Positions 1 through 12,500 of a DNA stretch of 64,000 bases are shown here, in pieces; the first letter of the stretch is position 1, and every line of letters starts with the position of its first letter. The notes under the pieces are model-generated. The model saw nothing but the letters and a program-made list of their open reading frames with translations, was not told the origin of the DNA and searched no databases. The translations under genes were made by a program, and so were the position numbers. The DNA is taken from contig NIVC01000227.1 in assembly GCA_002269645.1 (NCBI GenBank), positions 620,001-684,000 on the forward strand, in the 5' to 3' direction. This DNA is from Macrostomum lignano. Lineage: Eukaryota.

Positions 1-903
1 CAGCGACTCGGTTTCAGCATTCTCTGTGATGACATCATCAGTTTCAGAATCCGATGTATGCAAAATGTCCATGGTTGTAGCTGATTTACTTTTCAATAAA
101 ATGATGCACTACTCGTATTAAGGAGGTGCAGTGCTTTCTCTTTCAAAAAGGCCTGTTTGCAGATTTTAAAGTGAACTGTAGAGTCTATAGCTACATATCG
201 AGTGTACACACTGCATAATCTATTTAGAGAGCATTAAGTGAAATGCACTTTGAAACTGTTTTTCGACCTTAGATTTGCCCAAGCCAAGTATAAAATGCTC
301 CCTTCTCGGCTAGAAAGGCTTTGCACAGGGGCGCATTAAGATTCTAGCTATAGTCTATGGCCAGCCCAACTGACCATGTCGGCAGGGAGGCTTTTCATAT
401 TACCAATTCCAGAATCAGAATCGGTTCGGATGTTCTTAGAAAAACAGCATGCAGTATATAACTATTCAATTGTTGAATGTTTGACTGCCTTAACAACCTC
501 ACTTAGCACAATTTTTCACTTTCTTCTTGGCGATTGTCATTCAATAATAAAAACTTTATAGCACGTATCTCCCTCTAGGTATGGAGACAAAAAGTTATAC
601 TTCACAAATTGGTTCTGGTTCTGGAACCAGAACAGGCAATATGAAAGGCCCAGGAACGGAGCTTTTGTATTTCTAGCTCCGGCGTGCAAAGGTTAAAATG
701 CTAATTCACCTCAATTTTATAGTTACCAACTGCAAAAAGTTGTAAAGTTTGAGCAAGACCGCAATCGCATTAAACTAAAACTTGCTGGATTACATAGCGT
801 GTATGTGTCTAAATACCGATTGAGAAAGGTTTAAATACACTAGAAAGTACAAAAAATCACAGACGATCAAAATTCACGAAAAATTGATAGATATTAGACT
901 CAC

Positions 904-3900
904 TTTTCACCGGGGGTCACTAGATCTTCCAACATAACAACGGAGCCATGTCTGCAGATGCCGGAAAACAGACCGAATACGTCGTACAGCCGATGCTGAG
1001 ATGCTGAGAGCAAGCTTTCGCCCCGACCAGCCCTCCAATTAGCGCAGGAGTCGTCCGCCGCTGTGACATTGGACTCGATATCGGGGGTGATAAAGTACCC
1101 AGCTTCTGCTTGAACTGAGTGGCCCGAATTCGCCGTCACTTTGTGCTTCATGCCGAAGCACGCGTCCAAGAGCAGAAAGAGTGGCTTTGAGGACACGCCA
1201 CCCTGTAGTACAAAGAGGAACGAAGAGATACAACGTATGCATTTATTATTTTTTTTTATTAAAGGCAGGGGGTTGTGTGCACCCAGGCGCACTTTAAGCG
1301 TCATTGGCACATAACCGGCGAGAGGCATTACTGCCCATTCCGCCGACTCCCCTGAGCAGGCAGACAAGCGCGCGGATACGTACGCAGGCACACACTCACA
1401 CAGGAGTGTACAGCGGCCCTAACTTTATTTTATCGTTAGGCATGTACACTTCACTGCGCCTTGGGATGTTGGCTCTCAAGGCCGTTAATTGCACGAGCAG
1501 AGCCAAGCCGAGATTCCAATTCAGCCCCAAATTAATGGCTGCACTTGGAATCGAGCCTGGGTCGCTGGCACACCAGAGCAGCTGCGCTACCGCTGGGCTA
1601 CGGCCCCCTAACGTATGCATATAAGGTTGCAAAAAGTTGCAAAGCAACCAAAAAACAGAATGATAAGTATAAATGCTAATTAACAGTAGAAACCCCAAAG
1701 AGGGGGAACGCACTTCTGACGATTTTTTTGCTGCGCCCGAACGGAGCAACTCAGGCGCACGAAATTCAAGAACAAGGTTTAACTTTTTGTTGCGCACTTT
1801 ATGAAAAATAAATCAAGTCACCACCCTTTCGGGCTGTCGAGATAATCAACGATTTTTCCAGGTAGGATTTTCCCATTCGTGCTAATGTATTCAGAACACC
1901 CCACACTCGAGTCAACCCTGTCTCAGCGCTGCCTTGCTGAGCCTTCATACGTCATCAGTGTCTTGAAAACATGTGCCTGCATCGCCTCTAGAAGCAGCGA
2001 CCAGTGGTCGTCACTTGGACGGAACTTCTGGACCTTCAGCGGATGCCACCAGGCGACAGGCGTCTATGACGACTCTGATGCAGAAAAGCCCAATATCACT
2101 GATCAAGCGTTCACAATGGGCAACTGTCGACTGCAGGAGGACCTTAACTTGACTCTGTAGCCTTTCACCCCCATCATGACGGCGTGTTCTTGAATTTCGT
2201 GCGCCTGCGTTGCTCCGTTCGGGTGCAGCAAAAATAATCGTCAAGGGGGAGGGGTTCCCCCAACCCGCTTGGGGCAAAAACGGCGGAAAAAGGCTAAAAA
2301 ATACTCACAACAAAGCAAGCAGGACAGTTCGGCAATTCAGGCCACCGCGCAACGGAAAGCACTCGACGAAATGCAGCAAAAGCACCGAATGAGTTGAGAG
2401 CCCGGTACATTTCCGCCTACACAATAGACACAAAAATAGGAAAAAATCTAATGAAAAAGTGCTTTAACTGTGGCAAAGGACGTTTAATTTTAGAATCTTG
2501 GCTAGCCAGTCCGTAAACTATACAATTGTATCCTGAAAACAACTATACTTGTTAGAGGAACCTACGAGCATGTCGGGGCTCAATGCTACTATTAACAAGT
2601 CGGACAGACTCTTACGATTGGACTTTGGATTGAACGCAGGGAAGCTCTATTTTTTAGAGTTGTATCTTTTGGAACACAAATTAAATAGAATAATTTTCAC
2701 AACAAAAACTAAATACGTGCATCAGCACTGGAAGTATGTGAAAACATGAATTATGTGTAAGTATGGGAAAGAATAAAACGATACTTTCAAACGCACGCAT
2801 AAAGTGATGTTTTGTTTTCAAAGTTTTGTAGTCATTGTTTTCTTCTCCTAGTTGGTGCATCTAAACTTTACAATGACTATCCTATGCTAAAAAGAAGCAG
2901 CCAGCTGCCTATTGTACGAAAACTGCCAGTTTAGGGAGCAGTTTAACTACGTTTTATTTAGAATATATTAATATTGAAAGTATTGATGCCTAAGAATAAT
3001 AAAAATACTTACACCTCGGGGTTCCCAAAGCGAATTTCGGAAATCTCTCAGGGCATTGCATGCGCTCCACAATGATGCCCCACATTGAAGCTGAACTGCA
3101 TCCAGCAGAAGGAGAGCGCGAATGTGAACAGCACGGCGTATGGACTGCTCTCCTCCGGGCTGGAGAGGCCAGAACCCGTTTCGAAGAAGAGTACCGCGAA
3201 CGTCGCAGCTGCATACCGAAGCTTCCACTAGCTGGCCTGCATATGAGTATTTTAAGAACAAGGATTAACGTTAAATGAATGTAAACGGATAATGAAAATG
3301 TTTGAAAGAACATTTAATTTTTCACAGTCAAAGTGCTGATAATACGGATATATGAACAATATACTGCTTATCTATGCGTGTATGCTATTCAACTATAGTT
3401 TTGCACCGCCTACACAAGTATCATATTAAAGCATCAGTAATAGTAACATAAGATTAAAAAGTCAAATTACGTACCATCAAACAGGAAAAGGGTTACAGGA
3501 ACAGTGTTAGAATCCATTTCACAGTTACACTTCAGAATCGCTGATGTCGCTTGTGTCTCATAGAAGCTTCCCTAAAAAAGACGATAGTAAAAAGGAAGGC
3601 GCTAAAAACTTACATTCTATATCGCACCTATCACAATAGTTTAATCCTATCACAATAGTTCAATCCTATCACAATAGTTCAATCCTATCACAATAGTTCA
3701 ATCCTATCACAATAGTTCAATCCTATCACAATAGTTCAATCCTATCACAATAGTTCAATCCTATCACAATAGTTCAATCCTATCACAATAGTTCAATCCT
3801 ATCACAATAGTTCAATCCTATCACAATAGTTCAATCCTATCACAATAGTTCAATCCTATCACAATAGTTCAATCCTATCACAATAGTTCAATCCTATCAC

Positions 3901-6900
3901 AATAGTTCAATCCTATCACAATAGTTCAATCCTATCACAATAGTTCAATCCTATCACAATAGTTCAATCCTATCACAATAGTTCAATCCTATCACAATAG
4001 TTCAATCCTATCACAATAGTTCAATCCTATCACAATAGTTCAATCCTATCACAATAGTTCAATCCTATCACAATAGTTCAATCCTATCACAATAGTTCAA
4101 TCCTATCACAATAGTTCAATCCTATCACAATAGTTCAATCCTATCACAATAGTTCAATCCTATCACAATAGTTCAATCCTATCACAATAGTTCAATCCTA
4201 TCACAATAGTTCAATCCTATCACAATAGTTCAATCCTATCACAATAGTTCAATCCTATCACAATAGTTCAATCCTATCACAATAGTTCAATCCTATCACA
4301 ATAGTTCAATCCTATCACAATAGTTCAATCCTATCACAATAGTTCAATCCTATCACAATAGTTCAATCCTATCACAATAGTTCAATCCTATCACAATAGT
4401 TCAATCCTATCACAATAGTTCAATCCTATCACAATAGTTCAATCCTATCACAATAGTTCAATCCTATCACAATAGTTCAATCCTATCACAATAGTTCAAT
4501 CCTATCACAATAGATCAATCCTATCACAATAGTTCAATCCTATCACAATAGTTCAATCCTATCACAATAGTTCAATCCTATCACAATAGATCAATCCTAT
4601 CACAATAGTTTAATCCTACCACAATAGATCAATCCTATCACAATAGTTCAATCCTATCACAATAGTTCAATCCTATCACAATAGTTCAATCCTATCACAA
4701 TAGTTCAATCCTATCACAATAGATCAATCCTATCACAATAGTTTAATCCTACCACAATAGATCAATACTTCTTACATTCCAACGCTGCACCAAATGAGGT
4801 GGAGAGTGTCGGTGCTGGTGCTGCAGGCACGGAAGGCAGACGGTCATTAAGTCACATTGCAAGCATCGGTAGCTATTTTCGCTGGTGTTGCCATGGCATA
4901 GTATGCATTTAACCGTTGGAGAAAAATGGTGACCAAATCCTGTTACGAATTCTGCAAAATGGTGATCCCATAGCTCTGCGGAATCATGCACCCGTTGATG
5001 ATGCGCAGAATAGACGAACTCAGCGTCAGGCTCCGGAAGTTCAGACGATTGCGTTTCCGGCCCTTAAACGAGGAGAATCAGAAACAGGGAAAGGTAAGCA
5101 TGCTTGACTTGACATGGTATTGCTTTGCACCAGATGGTGATGGGTATGACACAGGAAAGTTAAAAAATGACGATGAGATGAATTCTAAATTGGATGTAGC
5201 AATTAGATTGATATTATTTTAAGAGTTCAAAAAGGTTTTAAAAATTAAAAAGAAAGCTTTACTCTATCGAATTATAAAAAATCACAATAACATTTCTCTC
5301 ACAGGAGAGCTCTCTTTTTATGATACTACTTCTAGTATCTAAAGTATATGTTCCAGAAAATTATTATAGATAATGAGAGCATTCGGCTTTATTAACAGTC
5401 TATCTAATTAGTAAATTAAAAAGGACTAATTTCCGAGACTTTAAAGAGCAACTATTTTTATAATATAAGTCACCTATTCTACTCCAACCCCGGTCCACCA
5501 TTTTACCTACTTGGGAACACTGGTTTTACAAAAGACTATTATGAATTTGGAACAGTAACCAGAAGCAGTTGAAATTTTAGCTATTCGCATTCAAATCAGC
5601 CTCTGTGCAAAAAGCTGTGCAGTGCGGGACTTTTGCTTGCGGAGTTTTGCTTGCCGAAGTCTGCTGGCGGAGTTTTGCTTGCCGAAATCTGCTTGCCGAA
5701 GTCTGCTAGCGGAGTTTTGCTTGCCGAAGTCTGCTGGCGGAGTTTTGCTTGCCGAAGTCTGCTGGCGGAGTTTTGCTTGCCGAAGTCTGCTAGCGGAGTT
5801 TTGCTTGCCGAAGTCTGCTGGCGGAGTTTTGCTTGCCGAAGTCTGCTTGCCGAAGTCTGCTGGCGGAGTTTTGCTTGCCGAAGTCTGCTTGCCGAAGTCT
5901 GCTAGCGGAGTTTTGCTTGCCGAAGTCTGCTGGCGGAGTTTTGCTTGCCGAAGTCTGCTGGCGGAGTTTTGCTTGCCGAAGTCTGCTAGCGGAGTTTTGC
6001 TTGCCGAAGTCTGCTGGCGGAGTTTTGCTTGCCGAAGTCTGCTTGCCGAAGTCTGCTAGCGGAGTTTTGCTTGCCGAAGTCTGCTGGCGGAGTTTTGCTT
6101 GCCGAAGTCTGCTGGCGGAGTTTTGCTTGCCGAAGTCTGCTAGCGGAGTTTTGCTTGCCGAAGTCTGCTGGCGGAGTTTTGCTTGCCGAAGTCTGCTTGC
6201 CGAAGTCTGCTAGCGGAGTTTTGCTTGCCGAAGTCTGCTGGCGGAGTTTTGCTTGCCGAAGTCTGCTGGCGGAGTTTTGCTTGCCGAAGTCTGCTAGCGG
6301 AGTTTTGCTTGCCGAAGTCTGCTTGCCGAAGTTTTGCTTGCCGAAGTCTGCTTGCCGAACTTTGCTTGCCGAGCTTTGCTTGCAGGAAATTTGCTTGCTG
6401 CACATAAATTTGCCGAAGTTTGCTTGCAGAAATTTTGCTTGGCGAGGTTCGCCAGCCACAGTTTTCTTGCGGAACCTTAAAGAACCTATTAGTGAGCTTT
6501 TGTATTTCTATTTTTTATTTTCTAAGATTCGTGGAAGTCGCCTATAGTGTTATGATTTTGCATGAGGATATGGCGGATTTGAAAAGCCCTAGATGTTGAA
6601 ACTGGGAATACTGTTTCAACATCAGTACAGAATACAGAATAGATTTTTTGAAAACGAACGTACATTGTACATCAATGTACATCATTTCTATATACTAAAT
6701 ACTTAGAATGAAACTCTATAAGCCTAGTTTGAAAGCTTACTGTCAAGTCAGTTTACGTTGAATAAGAATCCACTTGCAAAGCATCTGTAGTAAGTAATAA
6801 TTGACTGACCAACTTCGCAAGTAATCAAAACAAGCAAGCAGACAAGCAAAATTCAAGTTCGGCAAGCAAAATTCCGCAAGCAAAGCTCGGCAAGCAAAAT

Positions 6901-8429
6901 TCCGCAAGCAAAGCTCCGCAAGCAAAGTTCGGCAAGCATAGCTCGGCAAGCAAAGTTCGGCAAGCATAGCTCCGCAAGCAAAGTTCGGCAAGCATAGCTC
7001 GGCAAGCAAAGTTCAGCAAGCAAAGCTCGGCAAGCAAAATTCCGCAAGCAAAGCTCCGCAAGCAAAGTTCGGCAAGCAAAGCTCGGCAAGCAAAGTTCAG
7101 CAAGCAAAGCTCGGCAAGCAAAATTCCGCAAGCAAAGCTCCGCAAGCAAAGTTCGGCAAGCAAAGCTCGGCAAGCAAAGTTCGGCAAGCATAGCTCGGCA
7201 AGCAAAGTTCGGCAAGCAAAGCTCGGCAAGCAAAGCTCGGCAAGCAAAATTCCGCAAGCAAAGCTCCGCAAGCAAAGTTCGGCAAGCAAAGCTCGGCAAG
7301 CAAAGTTCGGCAAGCATAGCTCGGCAAGCAAAGTTCGGCAAGCAAAGCTCCGCAAGCAAAGTTCGGCAAGCAAAGCTCGGCAAGCAAAGTTCGGTAAGCA
7401 TAGCTCGGCAAGCAAAGTTCAGCAAGCAAAGCTCGGCAAGCAAAATTCCGCAAGCAAAGCTCCGCAAGCAAAGTTCGGCAAGCAAAGCTCGGCAAGCAAA
7501 GTTCGGCAAGCATAGCTCGGCAAGCAAAGTTCAGCAAGCAAAGCTCGGCAAGCAAAGTTCGGCAAGCATAGCTCGGCAAGCAAAGCTCGGCAAGCAAAAT
7601 TCCGCAAGCAAAGCTCCGCAAGCAAAGTTCGGCAAGCAAAGCTCGGCAAGCAAAGTTCGGCAAGCATAGCTCGGCAAGCAAAGTTCAGCAAGCAAAGCTC
7701 GGCAAGCAAAGTTCGGCAAGCATAGTTCGGCAAGCAAAGTTCGGCAAGCAAAGCTCGGCAAGCAAAGTTCGGCAAGCATAGCTCGGCAAGCAAAGTTCGG
7801 CAAGCAAAGCTCGGCAAGCAAAGTTCGGCAAGCATAGCTCGGCAAGCAAAGTTCGGCAAGCAAAGCTCGGCAAGCAAAATTCCGCAAGCAAAGCTCCGCA
7901 AGCAAACTTCCTGCAAGCAAACGTCGTACTCCCTCCCGCATAGAGCATGGTGTGAGCCTTATATTGCCCGCTATTCCAAGCAGTTAGTTAACTTGCGGGC
8001 TTTATTTTTCAACCATTTGTCTATGCTTGCTCTATATGAGATAAAGCACGCTATTTTCCGGGCACTATTTACTTAGTGCCCTCGAGCTTTCGAGCTTTTC
8101 AAGACTAAAATTGTCCAGTGAACATTCATGAAAAGTGACCATTATACAGGAGGGTGACAAAATTCTATATTTGGTGTAGAATTTGCCTTGATTTGCAAAC
8201 AGTAGCACAACAGATGACTAAAAATATCACACCAATAAAAAATTTGTTACAGAGCACATCCTAAATGCAGCAAAAATCACTTACGGCTACTACATGATTC
8301 CGGATTTGAGGCACACACTCCCTTAGCAGGATGGCGCAACTGGCTGACAATTAATTGTTTTATAGCTTTCTGGCCAGGGCAACTGTATATTCTGGGCTTT
8401 CTTCTGCGATCTTCTTTTCGTCGTCCCAT
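904..8429 (-). CDS. Spliced CxC2/CxC3-KDZ (Zisupton/Kyakuja/Dileera-type) transposase-like gene, 3' part unresolved
   Basis: Hand-spliced exons 8429-8285, 5062-4776, 3571-3475, 3236-3013, 2416-2309 and 1202-904 have GT-AG introns with matching phases (1,0,1,0,0) and no stops over 386 codons. Motifs: CxxC..YRCxxC..CxxC..H..PxHxVQRWNG (CxC2-like), CxC..CSC..LLRNGFWP, CPAC, LLDACF, GLFSGICRHG..D..GEK (KDZ core). The exon after the phase-2 donor at 903 was not found. Confidence 0.85.
1243..1609 (-). mobile_element. tRNA-derived SINE in KDZ gene intron
   Basis: Minus strand starts GGGGCCGTAGCCCAGCGGTAG (A box), then GGCTCGATTCC (B-box-like), and ends in an A-rich tail. An 11-bp TSD (aacgtatgcat) lies at 1232-1242 and 1610-1620. 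Confidence 0.85.
1717..2243. mobile_element. Element bounded by ~58-bp inverted repeats (MITE-like)
   Basis: 1717-1774 is a near-perfect reverse complement of 2185-2243. The interior has no convincing ORF. Confidence 0.6.
3627..4765. repeat. 19-bp minisatellite (caatcctatcacaatagtt)n, ~60 copies, intronic
   Basis: Directly visible, highly homogeneous tandem array with variants only near the ends. Confidence 0.98.
5622..7940. mobile_element. Foldback-like element: two oppositely oriented arrays of a 14/28-bp subrepeat around a ~390-bp spacer
   Basis: The left array (ttttgcttgccgaagtctgctggcggag)n at ~5630-6440 and the right array (gcaagcaaagttcg/ctcg)n at ~6830-7920 are reverse-complement relatives. 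A related array starts at 63841. Confidence 0.7.
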
Positions 8430-8753
8430 CTGGAATACAACTGGAGAACAGGAGAATATTAATTTTTATCTTTAGTCTGGATTCAAACTGGCACTAGTCA
8501 AAAAGTGAAATCTATAAAAATATACCAATAAGCAGTACGATAAAAAATTGGTTATTAACAAACATTAAATAGCTATATATATATGTGTGTGGTGGAGTTC
8601 CCATTTTTCATAACACTTAATAAAATGCTTAAAATTGAAAATATGAGCTCTGAAATTGAATACATTAAAATATAGTTAAATTCTTAGAGATTTAGTATAT
8701 TTGGATTTATTTTAGCAGTCAGATATACTCTAGTAGGAATACATAGCCACATA

Positions 8754-9551
8754 CTTCGGGTGTGTCATAAGTAATGTCACTGCAGGCCTCTGTCTAAAAT
8801 ATGTAGGCACATGGACTTGTGGGTAGTGTTGCTGCAAAGTATACTTAGTGAAGCAATACCAGTGCATTTGAGACGTGCATAGGAGCACACTGTGCTCCAC
8901 CTGGATGGCAAGGGCAGCAAGGCAGACAATCGCTGCTGGCTAGGAGCTGGGGACTGCTGCCGACCGTGACCACGAGGTCCATCTCGGACAAGAAGACCAT
9001 GCTGCTGGTAGCCTTCACGCCAAACAAAGGAGTCTCATCAAGGGTCAACCGACTCAACCGTCAAGTTCGATGGTCAGTAGTTTTATCGGCTTTTGCCTGG
9101 CACACTGGGGACCTCTAGCGCACTCTCCGGTCAAATCCATGTCACCTGGATGAGGTTCTGTGGCAGATAAACACCGCACGGCCGCACACCTGTAAGGCTG
9201 TTTCGCATTTTCTGCCTGCACGGCGAGTGAATCTGCTCTGACAGTCCCTACAGCCCGGACTTAAACTTGTGCGACAGATTTCTGTTCATCAAATGGCTAA
9301 AGGCAGACTTTTCCAAGAGAGTTTCACAAGCCATGAAGAGGTCAAACAGGCCGCGTTGCACTGGTTATGGCAGTTGGAGGAAAAACACCTGCAGGCTGAG
9401 CTGTAGGTGTAGGTAGACAAGCTGTATAGCACTGCCAGAGGGTGATTGATATTGGGGGACTCTATGTTATTGGGTGGTACAGTTTTGTTCATCTGGGATT
9501 GCATGTTCCTCTGTTTTCACATCAGTGACATAACTTATGACACACCCGAAG
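8754..9551 (+). mobile_element. Non-autonomous mariner (Tc1/mariner) deletion derivative
   Basis: ~29-bp TIRs (cttcgggtgtgtcataagtaatgtcactg and its reverse complement, 1 mismatch) with TA duplications at 8752-53 and 9552-53. Degenerate transposase remnants: KKTMLLV, NTARPHT, PYSPDL..CD.FLF, F.S.EEVKQAALHWL. Confidence 0.88.
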
Positions 9552-12500
9552 TATAAGCTAATTGCTCTTCCAGGGATGGCTGAAACAAGAATAGAAGCAT
9601 CTTTCTTTGCTTGGGATGTGATGTGACCAAGTTAGATCACTGCCACCACTAATCCCAAGAAGCCTCACCCCTAGTAGAATGTTGAAAACCAGCAGACACA
9701 CACTTTAGAATAGTCTAACTATTTTATTGCACTTTAGAATTATAAGTGATGAGTATATGGGCCCCCTTCCATAGAGGTTGGGGTCCTGATTGTAGCCTGT
9801 CTTTGGCTGCCCATATGTATTTTATTTATTTGCTAGAGCAGCAGCTAGCAAAAAAGGGTGTGCACACAAAAAGGGTGTGCACACAGTGCTTTAGAAAAAA
9901 ATTCAAAAGTGCACCAGTTGCCATCTGTGGTTTTACAACTTTTTCCTATAGGGAGCCTCACAACATGAGAACTATGGAGTTTAGACATGCAACAAGAGGT
10001 GAGCTGAAAAGGCACTGGAACACATCAGTGAGTTAAGCTCTTTTGGTAAGTATTTAAGGATTGAATAGCTAAATTGGAGATCCTTAGATAACTCATTATA
10101 TATGGAGACTGAGCTGAGAGGGTGGTGAAGGTTGGAAAGGTCAATGGTCATGTAGTGAGTGTATTAGTGTTCTTGCCACCCTGGTGTAAGGCAGAAGACT
10201 AAGATTTGTGTCTATGCATTTGAATTGCAGGAACTCTATAATTATACTAGCCTAGTATATGAAAAACTAAGCTTGTGTTAGTTTTAGTTGATGAATTTTT
10301 AGAGCCTTTTTCAGAAATTTACTAAATGTTAAATAATGTTTTTTCTTCCTTTTCATTATTGTATCAAAGCCATAGGCACAATTTTAGTTCCAATGCTTCT
10401 TTGGTCATTTTTAATGCATTAAATCATTTATAATTCTAAAATAGGTTTATTATATATAAAAATACCAATAGCTAAAATGGCTATTAGCCACTTTTTATTT
10501 AGTATTTAAAAATAGGATAAGGCTAGTAGACCAGAATAGTTTCCTAAAGTTTATTGGTATAGCTAATCAGTTCCCATAAAGTATCAATACCATATATATT
10601 ACAGCTAGATATAAATATTTTAATATTACTATAATTTTAATATAATGTGAGTAAATCCCATTCTAATTACTGATATTTTGTCTTTTGTCTGATTTCCAAT
10701 CTTAACCAAACTTTTAAAAATAAAAGTTAGTGTATATATTTTGTTAGATAAATGGCAAATTTAACCACCAGATTTATGGTATTTTATTATATTTATATAT
10801 GCCCTTTGCCATTTAAGTTGGTCTTAGGACAAGATTTTTAGTCTTGGCACAAAGTTTCTATGCTAAGGACATTTGTGCTATTTTTGGTAAAATTGGTAAA
10901 ATATAAAAAATTTAATTAATTTAAATAAGATTTTTAAAAATCACACATGGAATTATATATTTTATGGGTCTAATTTATTATACAAATCCTGATTTGTATT
11001 AGGACATAGGACATTGTACATAGGCATTTTAGTAAATAGCATCCAGCATAGATCAGCCTAGTGGTGGCATAGTATACTATAATGATATAGTGCAACTATT
11101 AAGAGTGTAGTTCTGAGGCTTTCACTAATTAGATGACTACATATTTAACTATGTTAAGAAAGTCATAGTTAGTCACACTATTTTCTTATTTTTAAACCCA
11201 TAAATGAGTATTTTTTGTTTCTTACTATTGCACAATTAGGATAAATATCTAGTATCTAATGCATTTAAGGCAAAGCAATATACTTCAATTAGGATACAAA
11301 TTTAGGAATATTATAGAATAAAATAAAAAACATGATAAAAAACTAAAAAGTGCTATAATATATATTGTATATATATATCATATATATATTTGCTAATATC
11401 ATGAAATTGCATGATATTTGGCAAAAAGGAAAATGTACTATCTTTAACAAAAAGCAAATCAAGTATAAACAAGCTACCTAGTTTTTTCTAAGGTAATACA
11501 CTATAAAGATATAACAAAATAGAGAAAAAATAAAAAAAGAAACAAAGCAATAAAACAATGTTCTATAAAATAGATTTTACAACTGAAAAAGTAGCAATGA
11601 AAGGCTTCATATTTATGAATGACTTTGAGTGCTTAATTATATTTTTATATCTAATACACTATTTTCTACTATAATATATAATCAAACTTGGATTTTCCTA
11701 GGTATTATAAAAGCCTATCATATTAACTAAGCCTATAAATGTTAACTAATAACCAAGACCAAGATTATGGTTTGATAAAAAGCCTTGAAAGCTTATGCTA
11801 TTTTAGTTTTTTGTAATTAAGAATATATTTATGAATATATATATTTATTAGAATACCTTTTTGCTTCTTATTTGGTTTTTACTGCGTCCAATTTGGTATG
11901 TTGCAAATAGTTTAGCAGAAGTCATAGTTTACCATAGACTAAGAACTGAAGTAAACGAGCAATTTGATTTTTTTTACAACCAATTTGGTTTATTTCACAT
12001 CACGTATGCATTCACTATCCTCTCTCTGTCCACTAGATAGATTTTAGTATATGGTCTTCTTTGTGCCATTCTTTGCTTTAGTTATGCCTTCTAGCTATGG
12101 CCCAAATTGCTTGCAGTTAAAACCAAATTGATTTCTGTTGTCTATGGCTTTCTATAGTTTGTCTATGGCTAAATACTATTGCATAGCTATCCTAGCAAAA
12201 AAACCTAACAATAAATAGCTTAGATAATCATATCTATATACTATATTATACTATATGCAAGATATTATCCTAATACTATGTAGAAAAAATTGAGTAAATT
12301 CCTATGGCTATGCTATATAATATGTTTTAAAAAATTAGATAAAAAAGGACTAATTTAGGCCTATAAATTAATAATTCTAAAAAAAACTTTGCCAAATATT
12401 TAGTATTTTACTGCTTTAAGTTTAAATTAACAATTTCTTCCAATCTCATAGATAGGTTGAAAGTAAAAAAGTTTACATTTAGCAAAGTAAGTAAAATAAT

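Noticed and set aside
376-903. Next KDZ exon after the phase-2 donor at 903
   Set aside because: Every acceptor tried in 900-360 gave an early in-frame stop, so no exon is claimed.
1540-1609. tRNA gene
   Set aside because: It has A/B boxes but continues into a ~300-bp body with an A-rich tail and TSD, so it is a SINE head.
2011-2154. Extra KDZ exon (SQVKVLLQ..VIDAC)
   Set aside because: It hits a stop at 2011, lies inside an IR-bounded element, and the flanking exons already join in phase.
3627-4765. CRISPR-like appearance of regular repeat arrays here and elsewhere
   Set aside because: Units are head-to-tail with no unique spacers, there are no cas genes, and the context is eukaryotic.
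4776-5062. Stand-alone ZZ-type zinc finger protein
   Set aside because: The Cys/His pattern followed by HxVQRWNG splices in frame into the CxC-KDZ gene and fits the CxC2-type cluster better.
5622-7948. Many long ORFs (LAELCLP.., FACRSLLAE..)
   Set aside because: Open in several frames on both strands because the 14/28-bp repeat lacks stops. No codon-position bias was seen.
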